64,000 nucleotides of DNA. Origin: Thermoproteota archaeon. Lineage in GTDB: Archaea; Thermoproteota; Thermoprotei; Thermofilales; B9-G17. Made by a program: the position numbers and the translations under genes. Positions 8,594 to 17,170 of the stretch are shown in pieces. Each line of letters opens with the position of its first letter. Within the stretch, counting starts at the first letter, position 1. The notes under the pieces are model-generated. The model was not told the origin of the DNA and did no database searches. It saw only the letters and a program-made list of their open reading frames with translations. The stretch spans positions 128,001 through 192,000 of the forward strand of contig JAPDJW010000001.1 of assembly GCA_029258885.1 (NCBI GenBank), in the 5' to 3' direction.

Positions 8594-9730
8594 CTATAGT
8601 GTTTTTAACGTAGTTTCTACTCCAACCTCCATGCCAATATCGGTTAATTCTTTATAGACGTTCTTGTGAAGTGGTATTCCTATCTTCTTCCTTGTCTCCA
8701 TGGTTAGCCATGCTTTTTCGCCTGGTATCCATATGCGATCGGCTTTTGGGTGTTTCTTTGAACTCTTTATTTCCATTACATATCTATTTATTCTGTCATT
8801 AAATTCCTCGCGGGACATGAAGGCCTCTATATCTATTGCTATGAAGGCGTGGCCTACATTAGATGGTTTCTTACCGACTGTATAGCCTACATGTAATCCC
8901 CATGCAGCACCAGATAATACTCCTGATATAATATCTATTACAAATGATAGACCGGAACCTTTATGCCCTCCATGTTCCTCTCCAAGCCCCCCTAGCGGTA
9001 GTAATGCTGCTTCATGTGTCTTTATCTTCTTTAGTATCGGAGCAGCATCTCCATGGAGTATGTTGCCCTTTCGATCAATAACCCATCCAGAAGGTATTTT
9101 CTTGCCCTGCTTAGCGTAGATCTCTATTTTGCCTACTGGTACTACTGATGTTGCTGCATCGAATAATATTGGTGGGGGTTCTAGTTTAGGTACTGCTACT
9201 GCTATTGGATTTGTACCAATTATTCTTTCAATGGTGTTTGTGTAGGCTACAAGGTTTACTGAATTTGTCATTGTAACTCCTATATAGCCTCTCTCAGCAG
9301 CTTTCAATGAGTAGTACCCTGCTATACCGAAATGATTACTCCTTCTTACAAGCACTAATGATACTCCATAATCGTGGGCTTTCTTAATAGCTAGCTCCAT
9401 AGCTCTAACGCTAACCGGTTGTCCAAGCCCATTACATGCATCAATAACTGCTATTGCACCACGGTCAATAATGATCTTCGGCTCTGCATGGATGTCTACG
9501 TTTCCAGACCTTATGCCATCAACATATCTACGGACTCTCTGAACTCCATGACTTGATATACCGAATAGATCCGCTGTAACAAGCACATCAGCTACTACCT
9601 CTGCATTCCATTTAAAGACCCCAAGCCTTTCGAATATGCTAGTCACATAATCCCTCAGCATGACATGATCTACTCTTACATAGTCTTCTGGAGGCACAGG
9701 TTTTTCGCGTTCATAATATTCATACTCCAT
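8594..9730 (-). CDS. Ldh_2 family (malate/L-lactate/L-sulfolactate) oxidoreductase
   Basis: ADLFGISSHG, RSNHFGIAGYY, GTNPIAVAVP, DAATSVV, GHKGSGL. Confidence 0.93.
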   Translation of the reverse strand: MEYEYYEREKPVPPEDYVRVDHVMLRDYVTSIFERLGVFKWNAEVVADVLVTADLFGISSHGVQRVRRYVDGIRSGNVDIHAEPKIIIDRGAIAVIDACNGLGQPVSVRAMELAIKKAHDYGVSLVLVRRSNHFGIAGYYSLKAAERGYIGVTMTNSVNLVAYTNTIERIIGTNPIAVAVPKLEPPPILFDAATSVVPVGKIEIYAKQGKKIPSGWVIDRKGNILHGDAAPILKKIKTHEAALLPLGGLGEEHGGHKGSGLSFVIDIISGVLSGAAWGLHVGYTVGKKPSNVGHAFIAIDIEAFMSREEFNDRINRYVMEIKSSKKHPKADRIWIPGEKAWLTMETRKKIGIPLHKNVYKELTDIGMEVGVETTLKTL

Positions 9731-9923
9731 AATTCCGATCCCTCTGAAGAAACTATTTCATTAAAATATTCTCACATAAAATAAATGGGTTGTGGAATGC
9801 TATTGGTGTATCTTAAAGCATTTAATATAAACAGTAAAGAGAAGAGGGGTGATGTTCTTCATTTGGCTATTAAAGCTAATTTACAGACTGAAATCTTGAA
9901 GCTAAGGGACTTAGTGGCTAAAG

Positions 9924-9958
9924 TTTATATAGAGCTTCCTCCTCTCTTTCTTAGCTCG
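9924..9958 (+). promoter_or_regulatory. rpl24 promoter, shared bipartite element with rps8 promoter
   Basis: TTTATATAGAGC-N8-CTCTTTCTTAGCTCG, same as 11848-11882. Confidence 0.75.
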
Positions 9959-9969
9959 TAGTCAGTGGT

Positions 9970-10350
9970 GTGATGCATATGTATAAAACTGTTTCGAAGC
10001 AACCTAGGAAGCAGAGGAAGGCATATTTCAATAGACCACTTCATCTTAGGCATAAGGATATGAATGCTCCTTTATCTGAAGCTCTTCAGGTAAAGTATGG
10101 GGTTAAGAGGCTCCCTGTCAGAAGCGGGGATACGGTCCTAATAGTTAGGGGGGACTTTGCAGGGTATGAGGGTAAGGTTTTAAGAGTAAGCTTAAAGAAG
10201 AGGAGGATATATGTGGAAGGCGTTACCAGAACTAAGGCCGATGGGAGCAAGGTGTTAGTTCCTATTCACCCGTCTAAGGTTATGATCACTAAGTTAGATT
10301 TATCGGATAAATGGAGAAAGAAAATTATTGAGAGGAGGGCTAAAAAATGA
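9970..10350 (+). CDS. rpl24: 50S ribosomal protein L24 (uL24)
   Basis: [25 protein letters not shown] motif, [12 protein letters not shown]. Confidence 0.97.
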   Translation: MMHMYKTVSKQPRKQRKAYFNRPLHLRHKDMNAPLSEALQVKYGVKRLPVRSGDTVLIVRGDFAGYEGKVLRVSLKKRRIYVEGVTRTKADGSKVLVPIHPSKVMITKLDLSDKWRKKIIERRAKK

Positions 10351-11093
10351 AGAAGGCTAAAGGTAGTTTAAGACATTTAAGGAGATACGCAGCTCCGTGG
10401 TACTATCCAATAAGCGTTAAGGAATATGCCTGGACGGTAAAGCCAAGACCCGGACCTCACGCATTAGATAAGTGTATTCCCCTAGGAATAATACTTAGAG
10501 ATGTATTGGGCTACGCTAGAACCATGCGTGAAGCGAGGAGAATTCTGGGAGAAAGAAAGGTTAAAATTGACGGTAGGATTATAACAGACTACAAATTCCC
10601 GGTCGGTCTAATGGATGTCATAGAACTAATCCCCAGCGGAGAAATATTTAGAGTTCTACCACATCCCTCCAAGTTCCTCTATTTGAAGCCCATATCTTCA
10701 AATGAAGCGAACCTTAAGATATGTCGCATAGAAAACAAAACTATGGTAAAGGGCGGAAATATACAGCTAAACCTGCACGACGGAAGAAATATCTTAATTA
10801 AGATAAGTAATCCATTTGAGCCGGTAGAAGATGTCTATAAAACTCTTGATTCAGTACTTATAACAATACCCGATCAACAAATAGTTGAACATATCAAGCT
10901 TAAGGAAGGAGCCTATGTATTAGTCATTGATGGAAGAAACGTTGGCGCTAAAGGAAGGCTGAAGTCTGTAGTTCAGATATTTAAGAGGAGGAGATCTATA
11001 GTGACGTTAGTAGATGATAACGGAAACGAGATAAGGACAATCCTAGATTACATATTCCCCATCGGGCATGAAAAACCGCTGATAGAGGTATAG
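10347..11093 (+). CDS. rps4e: 30S ribosomal protein S4e
   Basis: [33 protein letters not shown]. Confidence 0.97.
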   Translation: MKKAKGSLRHLRRYAAPWYYPISVKEYAWTVKPRPGPHALDKCIPLGIILRDVLGYARTMREARRILGERKVKIDGRIITDYKFPVGLMDVIELIPSGEIFRVLPHPSKFLYLKPISSNEANLKICRIENKTMVKGGNIQLNLHDGRNILIKISNPFEPVEDVYKTLDSVLITIPDQQIVEHIKLKEGAYVLVIDGRNVGAKGRLKSVVQIFKRRRSIVTLVDDNGNEIRTILDYIFPIGHEKPLIEV

Positions 11094-11098
11094 AGAAC

Positions 11099-11662
11099 AT
11101 GCCGGCGGATGAGCATATTCTGAAAACCGATCACCCTATGAGGTATGTGAAAATCGGTAAAGTAGTAGTTAACATGGCCGTAGGTGAGTCGGGCGAAAGG
11201 CTGGCTAAGGCAGCTAAGATTCTCGAGATGCTTACAGGACAGAAGCCATGCTTTAGAAAGGCTAAGAAGACAATAAAGGACTTTGGTATAAAGAAGGGTG
11301 AAAACATAGCCTGTATAGTAACCTTAAGAGGGGAGAAGGCGATAAGCTTCCTAAAGAGGGCTCTAGAGGCTGTAGGCAACGAAATTAAAGAAAGTAGCAT
11401 AGACGAATACGGTAATTTTGCATTTGGAATAAGGGAGCATATACACCTGCCTGGAGTAAAGTATGATCCACAGCTGGGAATTTATGGGTTTGATGTATGT
11501 GTTAGCTTGGAGAGGCCTGGATATAGGGTTGCTAGGAGAAGGAGGAGGAAAGCTAAAATAGGTAAAAAGCATAGAGTTACGAAAGAGGAGGCAATAGAAT
11601 TTATTGAAAAAGTATTAGGTGCAAGGGTTGTTAAGGAGGTGAAGAAAAGATGGGTAAGATAA
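11099..11662 (+). CDS. rpl5: 50S ribosomal protein L5 (uL5)
   Basis: [34 protein letters not shown]. Confidence 0.97.
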   Translation: MPADEHILKTDHPMRYVKIGKVVVNMAVGESGERLAKAAKILEMLTGQKPCFRKAKKTIKDFGIKKGENIACIVTLRGEKAISFLKRALEAVGNEIKESSIDEYGNFAFGIREHIHLPGVKYDPQLGIYGFDVCVSLERPGYRVARRRRRKAKIGKKHRVTKEEAIEFIEKVLGARVVKEVKKRWVR

Positions 11663-11814
11663 AACCGCCAAAGGTTAGAAAGTTTGGTAAAGGAGCACGT
11701 AGATGCATTAGATGTGGGACTCATGAAGCATTAATTAGAATGTATAACCTTAACATTTGCAGGAGATGTTTTAGGGAAGTAGCGGAGGACATTGGATTTA
11801 AGAAGTATATGTAG
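11650..11814 (+). CDS. rps14: 30S ribosomal protein S14 type Z (missed by ORF track)
   Basis: [54 protein letters not shown]. Confidence 0.96.
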   Translation: MGKIKPPKVRKFGKGARRCIRCGTHEALIRMYNLNICRRCFREVAEDIGFKKYM

Positions 11815-11847
11815 TTGTATTCAGCGTAAGTTGGCCTTTATGTAAAA

Positions 11848-11882
11848 TTTATATAGAGCCTTTTCAACTCTTTCTTAGCTCG
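11848..11882 (+). promoter_or_regulatory. Internal rps8 promoter, shared bipartite element with rpl24 promoter
   Basis: TTTATATAGAGC-N8-CTCTTTCTTAGCTCG, same as 9924-9958. Confidence 0.75.
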
Positions 11883-11892
11883 GTGATCTACA

Positions 11893-12285
11893 ATGGTCAT
11901 GATGGATACTCTAGCTAATGCGCTTGCAACGATAATGAATAATGAGGTCAGAGGAAAGAAGGAGTGTCTAGTATATCCTGCGTCAAAGTTTATTGCTAGA
12001 GTACTTAGAGCCATGCAGAGAGCTGGGTATATAGGCGAGTTTGAGTTTATTGATGATGGGCGCTCAGGAAAGTTAAGAATACAGCTATTAGGTCGTATAA
12101 ATAAATGCGGTGTAATTAAGCCACGTTTTCCCGTGAAACATGATGAGTTCGAGGAATGGGAGAAGAAATATCTGCCTGCAAAGAATATAGGTATTCTCAT
12201 AGTCTCAACTCCCCAGGGAGTTCTAACACATTATGAAGCCAAGGAAAGGGGTATAGGAGGAGTTCTCGTAGCTTACGTATACTAG
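11893..12285 (+). CDS. rps8: 30S ribosomal protein S8
   Basis: [39 protein letters not shown]. Confidence 0.97.
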   Translation: MVMMDTLANALATIMNNEVRGKKECLVYPASKFIARVLRAMQRAGYIGEFEFIDDGRSGKLRIQLLGRINKCGVIKPRFPVKHDEFEEWEKKYLPAKNIGILIVSTPQGVLTHYEAKERGIGGVLVAYVY

Positions 12286-12287
12286 AG

Positions 12288-12695
12288 GTGCGGTTTATGA
12301 ACCGGAACTTAAGTAAAGAGTTGGTTAATCTTCTAAAATTAAGGCGGGAATTAAAGAGCAAGAAGCCACGCTTTATAGTAATGAACGTGTGGTCTAAGCC
12401 TAGGCTTCCAGACGGATGGAGGAGGCCTAAGGGTCTTGATAATAAGATCAGGTTAGAGATAAAGGGATTTCCGAAGAGGGTTAAAGTAGGGTATAGAGGA
12501 CCTAGGAAAGTGAGAAATCTTCATCCATCGGGATACATTGATGTTCTTGTTAATAACATTAAGGAGCTGGAGGTATTAGATCCGAAAATACATGCTATAC
12601 GTATAGCTAGAACCGTGGGGAGGAGAAAGAGAGAGGAAATTATTAAAAGGGCCGAGGAATTAGGTTTTAAGATCCTGAATCCTGAGAGGGAGTAG
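12288..12695 (+). CDS. rpl32e: 50S ribosomal protein L32e
   Basis: WRRPKGLDNKIR, VGYRGP..VRNLHPSG. Confidence 0.96.
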   Translation: MRFMNRNLSKELVNLLKLRRELKSKKPRFIVMNVWSKPRLPDGWRRPKGLDNKIRLEIKGFPKRVKVGYRGPRKVRNLHPSGYIDVLVNNIKELEVLDPKIHAIRIARTVGRRKREEIIKRAEELGFKILNPERE

Positions 12696-12699
12696 GCTT

Positions 12700-13128
12700 A
12701 TGTCATTAAAGTTTGTTAGGAGGCTTGCGGCCGAAGTTCTAAAAGTAGGAGAAAGCAGGGTCTGGATAGATCCTGATAGCTTTGATAGAGTAAGTGAGGT
12801 CATTTCAAGGGAGGATGTTAGAAGGTTAATAAAAGATGGTGTAATTAAGGTTAGACCCAAGTCCACGCCATCCAGAGGCAGGTTGAGAATGCGGAGGAAG
12901 AGGAGGAGAGGACCCGGTAGCCGTAAGGGAAGCACTATATCTCAAAAGGAGTTATGGATGGCTAAAGTGAGAGCGCAGAGAAAGTTTCTGAAATTATTGA
13001 GGAGGAAAAGGATCATTGATAGGAAAACTTATAGGAAGTTGTATATGATGGTTAAAGGTAATGCTTTCAGAAGCGTGGCACACTTAAAGCACTATATTAT
13101 TGAGCATAAGTTGGCGAGGAGGATATAG
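12700..13128 (+). CDS. rpl19e: 50S ribosomal protein L19e
   Basis: [40 protein letters not shown]. Confidence 0.96.
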   Translation: MSLKFVRRLAAEVLKVGESRVWIDPDSFDRVSEVISREDVRRLIKDGVIKVRPKSTPSRGRLRMRRKRRRGPGSRKGSTISQKELWMAKVRAQRKFLKLLRRKRIIDRKTYRKLYMMVKGNAFRSVAHLKHYIIEHKLARRI

Positions 13129-13129
13129 G

Positions 13130-13744
13130 ATGGCGAGGAACGGCAGGTATAGGGTTCCCTTTAAGAGGAGGAGGAAGGGATTAACCAACTACTACAAACG
13201 GAAGAAGATGATATTGTCAGGAAAACCACGACTTATAGTCCGCAAATCCAATAAACACGTAATAGTACAAGTAGCCACAGCCAAGATACAGGGAGACGAA
13301 ATAATAACCTCGGCTTCATCTATAGAGCTTGAGAAAAAGTTCGGATGGAAGGGAGCTACTAGGAATACTCCTGTAGCATACCTTGTAGGTCTTCTAGCCG
13401 GACTTAAAGCGTTAAAAAGGGGAGTGAAGGAAGCCATATTAGATATAGGATTACATAGGCCTATAAGAGGAGCAATAGTATTTGCGGCAGCTAAGGGGGC
13501 ATTAGATGCCGGATTAAAAATTCCCATAGGTGAAGAGGTTCTTCCCGAAGAGGAGAGAATAAGAGGAGAACATATAGCTAATTACGCCAAAATCCTGCTA
13601 GAGGAGGATTTAGAGAAGTACAACAAGCAGTTCTCAAGATACCTATCGAGAGGATGGGATCCCACTCTACTTCCCAAGTACTTTGAGGAAGTTAAGAGTA
13701 AGATTTTAGAGTTAAAATCAGAATTAAGCCATCCTTCTAATTAA
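13130..13744 (+). CDS. rpl18: 50S ribosomal protein L18 (uL18)
   Basis: [48 protein letters not shown]. Confidence 0.96.
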   Translation: MARNGRYRVPFKRRRKGLTNYYKRKKMILSGKPRLIVRKSNKHVIVQVATAKIQGDEIITSASSIELEKKFGWKGATRNTPVAYLVGLLAGLKALKRGVKEAILDIGLHRPIRGAIVFAAAKGALDAGLKIPIGEEVLPEEERIRGEHIANYAKILLEEDLEKYNKQFSRYLSRGWDPTLLPKYFEEVKSKILELKSELSHPSN

Positions 13745-14200
13745 ATCGTTAATAGCTTTTCCTCTATATCCTAATTCTCCGCCTCTCTTATAGTGGACCT
13801 TAATAGATCCTTTAAATCCTCCAGAGGGAGGGCTTAACCTAAAAACTGGTTTTAGCCCAGGTATTTTCCTGATATCTACCTTAGACGTAATTATTGCCTT
13901 AGCTAGATCTTCTATGCTTTTAAAGCCTAATTTTTTAACGTATTCCTCTGTTAGCTTCTTATTTCCTCTTAATCTTCCCCTACGCTCTAGCAGCAAGGTA
14001 AGCGTTTCTTCGTCTATCTCACCCCATGTAATCCAGTTTTCAGCCTTTTTAAGCATACCCATCATAGAAGGGTTATCGTCCACAAGAACTAAGTGGAACT
14101 TTTTATGTAATCTAAGTAACTCAAGAGTTTTCTTTACATCTGGCGGTACATCTACTTGTCCTCTTATCCTGATGACAGCGAGCTTCATCAGCTTCACCAA
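13724..14200 (-). CDS. rpl30: 50S ribosomal protein L30 (uL30), inverted
   Basis: [35 protein letters not shown]. Confidence 0.96.
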   Translation of the reverse strand: MVKLMKLAVIRIRGQVDVPPDVKKTLELLRLHKKFHLVLVDDNPSMMGMLKKAENWITWGEIDEETLTLLLERRGRLRGNKKLTEEYVKKLGFKSIEDLAKAIITSKVDIRKIPGLKPVFRLSPPSGGFKGSIKVHYKRGGELGYRGKAINDLIRRMA

Positions 14201-14808
14201 TCTGTTGACACCTTAATAGCATACGTATTTCTTAATGCATTAAATACAGCTGAAGCGAAATTCAATGATGTTCTGGTTTCGCCTCTAACTCTAGTCCATA
14301 CATCCTTGATTCCTGCAAGCCTTAGGACAGCTTTCGCTATATCTCCAGCTACTAGACCCACGCCCTTAGGAGCAGGCAATAGTTCAGCTATCACACTTCC
14401 ACTTTTCCCGACAACCTTAAAGGGTAAGCTATGTGGTTCTCCGCAGAAGCATTCCCAGCTACCGCATCCCCTACGTACCGGGATAATGTTTAACTTAGCG
14501 TTAACAATGGCTTTCTCTATAGCCTGACGAACTTGCCTCGCCTTACCTGTCCCAAGCCCTACATATCCGTCTTCATTACCTACAACAACGACGACCCTAA
14601 ACTGGCTTACTTCTCCTGCATCTGTCTGCCTTTGAACGAGATTTACCGACAAGACTTCATGCTTTATGTCAGGTAGTAGGGTATCTATAATCTCTACTTC
14701 TTTTATAGGTAGATTCATGGCGAATATCTCATCTAGACTGGTAATTTTCCCCTCCTTTACAAGCCTTCCTACTTTAGTTCTGGGAACCCACTCTATACTC
14801 TGACTCAT
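14194..14808 (-). CDS. rps5: 30S ribosomal protein S5, inverted
   Basis: [40 protein letters not shown]. Confidence 0.97.
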   Translation of the reverse strand: MSQSIEWVPRTKVGRLVKEGKITSLDEIFAMNLPIKEVEIIDTLLPDIKHEVLSVNLVQRQTDAGEVSQFRVVVVVGNEDGYVGLGTGKARQVRQAIEKAIVNAKLNIIPVRRGCGSWECFCGEPHSLPFKVVGKSGSVIAELLPAPKGVGLVAGDIAKAVLRLAGIKDVWTRVRGETRTSLNFASAVFNALRNTYAIKVSTDW

Positions 14809-15080
14809 TTAATCACCGCTTTAAACTATTTCGCACGTAGCAGATTATATTTTTTTCCCTCTCGCAGTGTTATTTCATTAATTAGCATATAATTTGTTTA
14901 GCTTTCTTGGATCTGAATTTGGTGTAGATACTTATGAACACGCCTATAATCAGCCAAGATAACAGTATATCATACGTCTTTTCAATCCATTTTAGAGAGC
15001 GTGTATGGCTCTATCCTATAATAGAGAGCCGAAAGTTTTAAAATACACTGAATAATGTATAATCCAGCCCTGGTGATAAA

Positions 15081-15593
15081 ATGCCTCAAGAGAAGACATT
15101 TAAGTTTCTAATAGAAGGAGGAAAGGCCACAGCTGGACCCCCTATATCTTAGGGGAAAGGTCCAGCCTTAGGGCCTCTTGGACTCAACGTAATGGCAGTA
15201 GTTAGGAGAATAAATGAACTCACTAAAGATTTTGCTGGAATGAGAGTACCAGTTACTGTTAAGGTTGATATTGAAAAGAAGACGTTTGAGGTTGAAGTAG
15301 GTGTACCAACGACTGGGGCACTCATAGTTAAGGAGCTGAAGATAGAGAAAGGATCAGGTCTTCCAGGGAGGGAAATAGCAGGGAATCTCTCTATGGAACA
15401 GGTAGTAAAAATAGCGATTATGAAGAGAGATCAGTTGAAGTCGAGGACGTTGAAGGGATGCATTAAGCAGGTTTTAGGGACGTGTTTAAGCATGGGAGTT
15501 AACGTTGAAGGAAAGAGCCCGAAGGTTGTTCAGAAGGAGCTTGATGAAGGAGTATATGATGATTTATTGAGGAAGTATGGTGAGGAGATATGA
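15081..15593 (+). CDS. rpl11: 50S ribosomal protein L11, two exons (15081-15145, 15158-15593)
   Basis: MPQEKTFKFLIEGGKATAGPPI|GPALGPLGLNVMAVV after removing 12 nt; ATG at 15081 follows GGTGAT RBS; first gene of L11-L1-L10. Confidence 0.93.
15146..15157 (+). other. Putative BHB-type mRNA intron in rpl11 (ATCTTAGGGGAA)
   Basis: Outer helix GCTGGACC/GGTCCAGC (8 bp), central 4-bp helix CCCT/GGGG, bulges AT|A and AA|A; contains in-frame TAG at 15150. Confidence 0.88.
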
Positions 15594-16231
15594 GTTATTC
15601 GATAGGTGTGCTAGCTAAGGCTATAGAAGAAGCTAAGGCGAAAGCTAAAAAGAGGAGATTTAAGCAGAGTGTTGAGCTTATAGTTGTTTTAAGGGACGTC
15701 GATGTGAGAAAGCCTGAAAATAGGATAAATATGCCTGTTTTTTTACCGAATCCGCCTTCAAAGGAGGCAAAGGTATGCGTGATAGCATCAGGAGACTTGG
15801 AGCTTAAGGCTAAGAATTCAAGGGCAGATCTTGTAGTATCAAGGGATGAGTTAATTAAGCTAGCTGACAATAAAAAGGCAGCTAAGGATCTTGCTAAGAA
15901 ATACGACTTTTTCCTGGCGCAGGCTGATTTAATGCCAACTATAGGAAGGCTTCTAGGTAGATATTTAGGCCCTAGGGGTAAAATGCCTCAACCTGTAACT
16001 AGCTCAATGAATATAAATGCTCTAGTTGATAGGTTCAAAAGATCTGTCAGAATTAGGATTAAGAATCAGCCTGTAATAAGTTGCAGGATAGGTACGGAGG
16101 ATCAGGATAGTAAAAAATTAGCTGAAAATGCCATGGCTATATTAAATGCCATAGAGAGTAAGTTTAAGAAGCAAAACATAGATAGGATTTACGTTAAGTT
16201 GACCATGGGACCAGCCGTTAAGGTCAGGTAG
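15590..16231 (+). CDS. rpl1: 50S ribosomal protein L1
   Basis: RRFKQSVELIV, LGRYLGPRGKMP, YVKLTMGPAVKV. Confidence 0.97.
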   Translation: MSYSIGVLAKAIEEAKAKAKKRRFKQSVELIVVLRDVDVRKPENRINMPVFLPNPPSKEAKVCVIASGDLELKAKNSRADLVVSRDELIKLADNKKAAKDLAKKYDFFLAQADLMPTIGRLLGRYLGPRGKMPQPVTSSMNINALVDRFKRSVRIRIKNQPVISCRIGTEDQDSKKLAENAMAILNAIESKFKKQNIDRIYVKLTMGPAVKVR

Positions 16232-16245
16232 TGGAGGTGTATATA

Positions 16246-17115
16246 ATGGTGTATGTAAGGCAGAAGGCTATTCCTTCATGGAAGAAGGAGTGGGTAGCCG
16301 AATTTACAGAGTTAGTTAAGAAGTATAGGACTATAATGATAGTTGGAATAGAGGGAGTAAGTGCACCAGTATTGCATGAAATAAGGTCATTAATTAAGAG
16401 TAGGAATGGGGTACTTAAAGTAATAAAGAATACGTTATTTAGTAGAGTTATTGATAATGTAAAGGATAAATGTAAAAATATAGAGAAACTAAAGGAACAC
16501 CTGCGTGGATCCAATGCGTTAATTCTAACTAATGACAATCCATTTTCCTTAAAGCTTTTCCTGGATAAAAACAAGGTTCCAAGGGAGGCTAGAGCCGGAG
16601 ATATAGCACCAAAGAACATTGTAGTTTACTCCGGAAACACGAATATGGCCCCAGGACCGATACTCAGCCTTTTCAATAAACTTAACGTACCAACTTCGAT
16701 AAAAGAAGGCAGCATTTGGGTCACAAAAGACACGGTCGTAGTTAAAAAGGGAGAAGTTATATCTCAGGATGTAGCCGAGCTTCTAAGGAGGCTCGATATT
16801 AAACCTATAGAGGTAGGCTTAAACGTAAAAGTGGCCTATGTAGATGGAATAATTATTAATGCAGAAGATCTAGAGCTAGATCTTGAGGACTACAGGAGTA
16901 GAATAGCGGAGTCTGTCCGCAACGCTATAAACCTAGCAGTAAATGCAGCCTTTCCAACAAGTGAAAGTATCAAGGTGATAATAGGAAAGTGTTATAATGA
17001 AGCTATCAATTTATCAGTAAACGCCGTAATTCCATTGCCAGAAACACTAAGTATGATTATCACGAAAGCACAGGTCATAGCGAAGACCATAGCTGATAGG
17101 GCTGGACTAAAATAA
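16246..17115 (+). CDS. rpl10: 50S ribosomal protein L10 (P0)
   Basis: IPSWKKEWV, KVIKNTL, ARAGDIAP, TNMAPGPIL. Confidence 0.96.
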   Translation: MVYVRQKAIPSWKKEWVAEFTELVKKYRTIMIVGIEGVSAPVLHEIRSLIKSRNGVLKVIKNTLFSRVIDNVKDKCKNIEKLKEHLRGSNALILTNDNPFSLKLFLDKNKVPREARAGDIAPKNIVVYSGNTNMAPGPILSLFNKLNVPTSIKEGSIWVTKDTVVVKKGEVISQDVAELLRRLDIKPIEVGLNVKVAYVDGIIINAEDLELDLEDYRSRIAESVRNAINLAVNAAFPTSESIKVIIGKCYNEAINLSVNAVIPLPETLSMIITKAQVIAKTIADRAGLK

Positions 17116-17170
17116 TTCTACAGTATAAACCTAAGATATTTTAATCCAGTTATCCTATCTAAATTTCTGT

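Noticed and set aside
14900-14990. Possible C/D sRNA on the minus strand (ATGATA...CTGA) upstream of rps5
   Set aside because: No convincing C' box or correctly spaced terminal D box.
15150-15152. TAG in rpl11 read as pyrrolysine/read-through, a pseudogene, or L11 starting at ATG 15192
   Set aside because: Read-through would leave a 4-aa insertion in an invariant motif. A 15192 start deletes the conserved N-terminal GPP-GPALG segment. The rest of the gene is pristine, and exact BHB excision restores the consensus.
15146-15157. Shared TTAGG core between the rpl11 intron and the tRNA-Gln intron as proof of transposition
   Set aside because: Only a 5-nt match; not significant.
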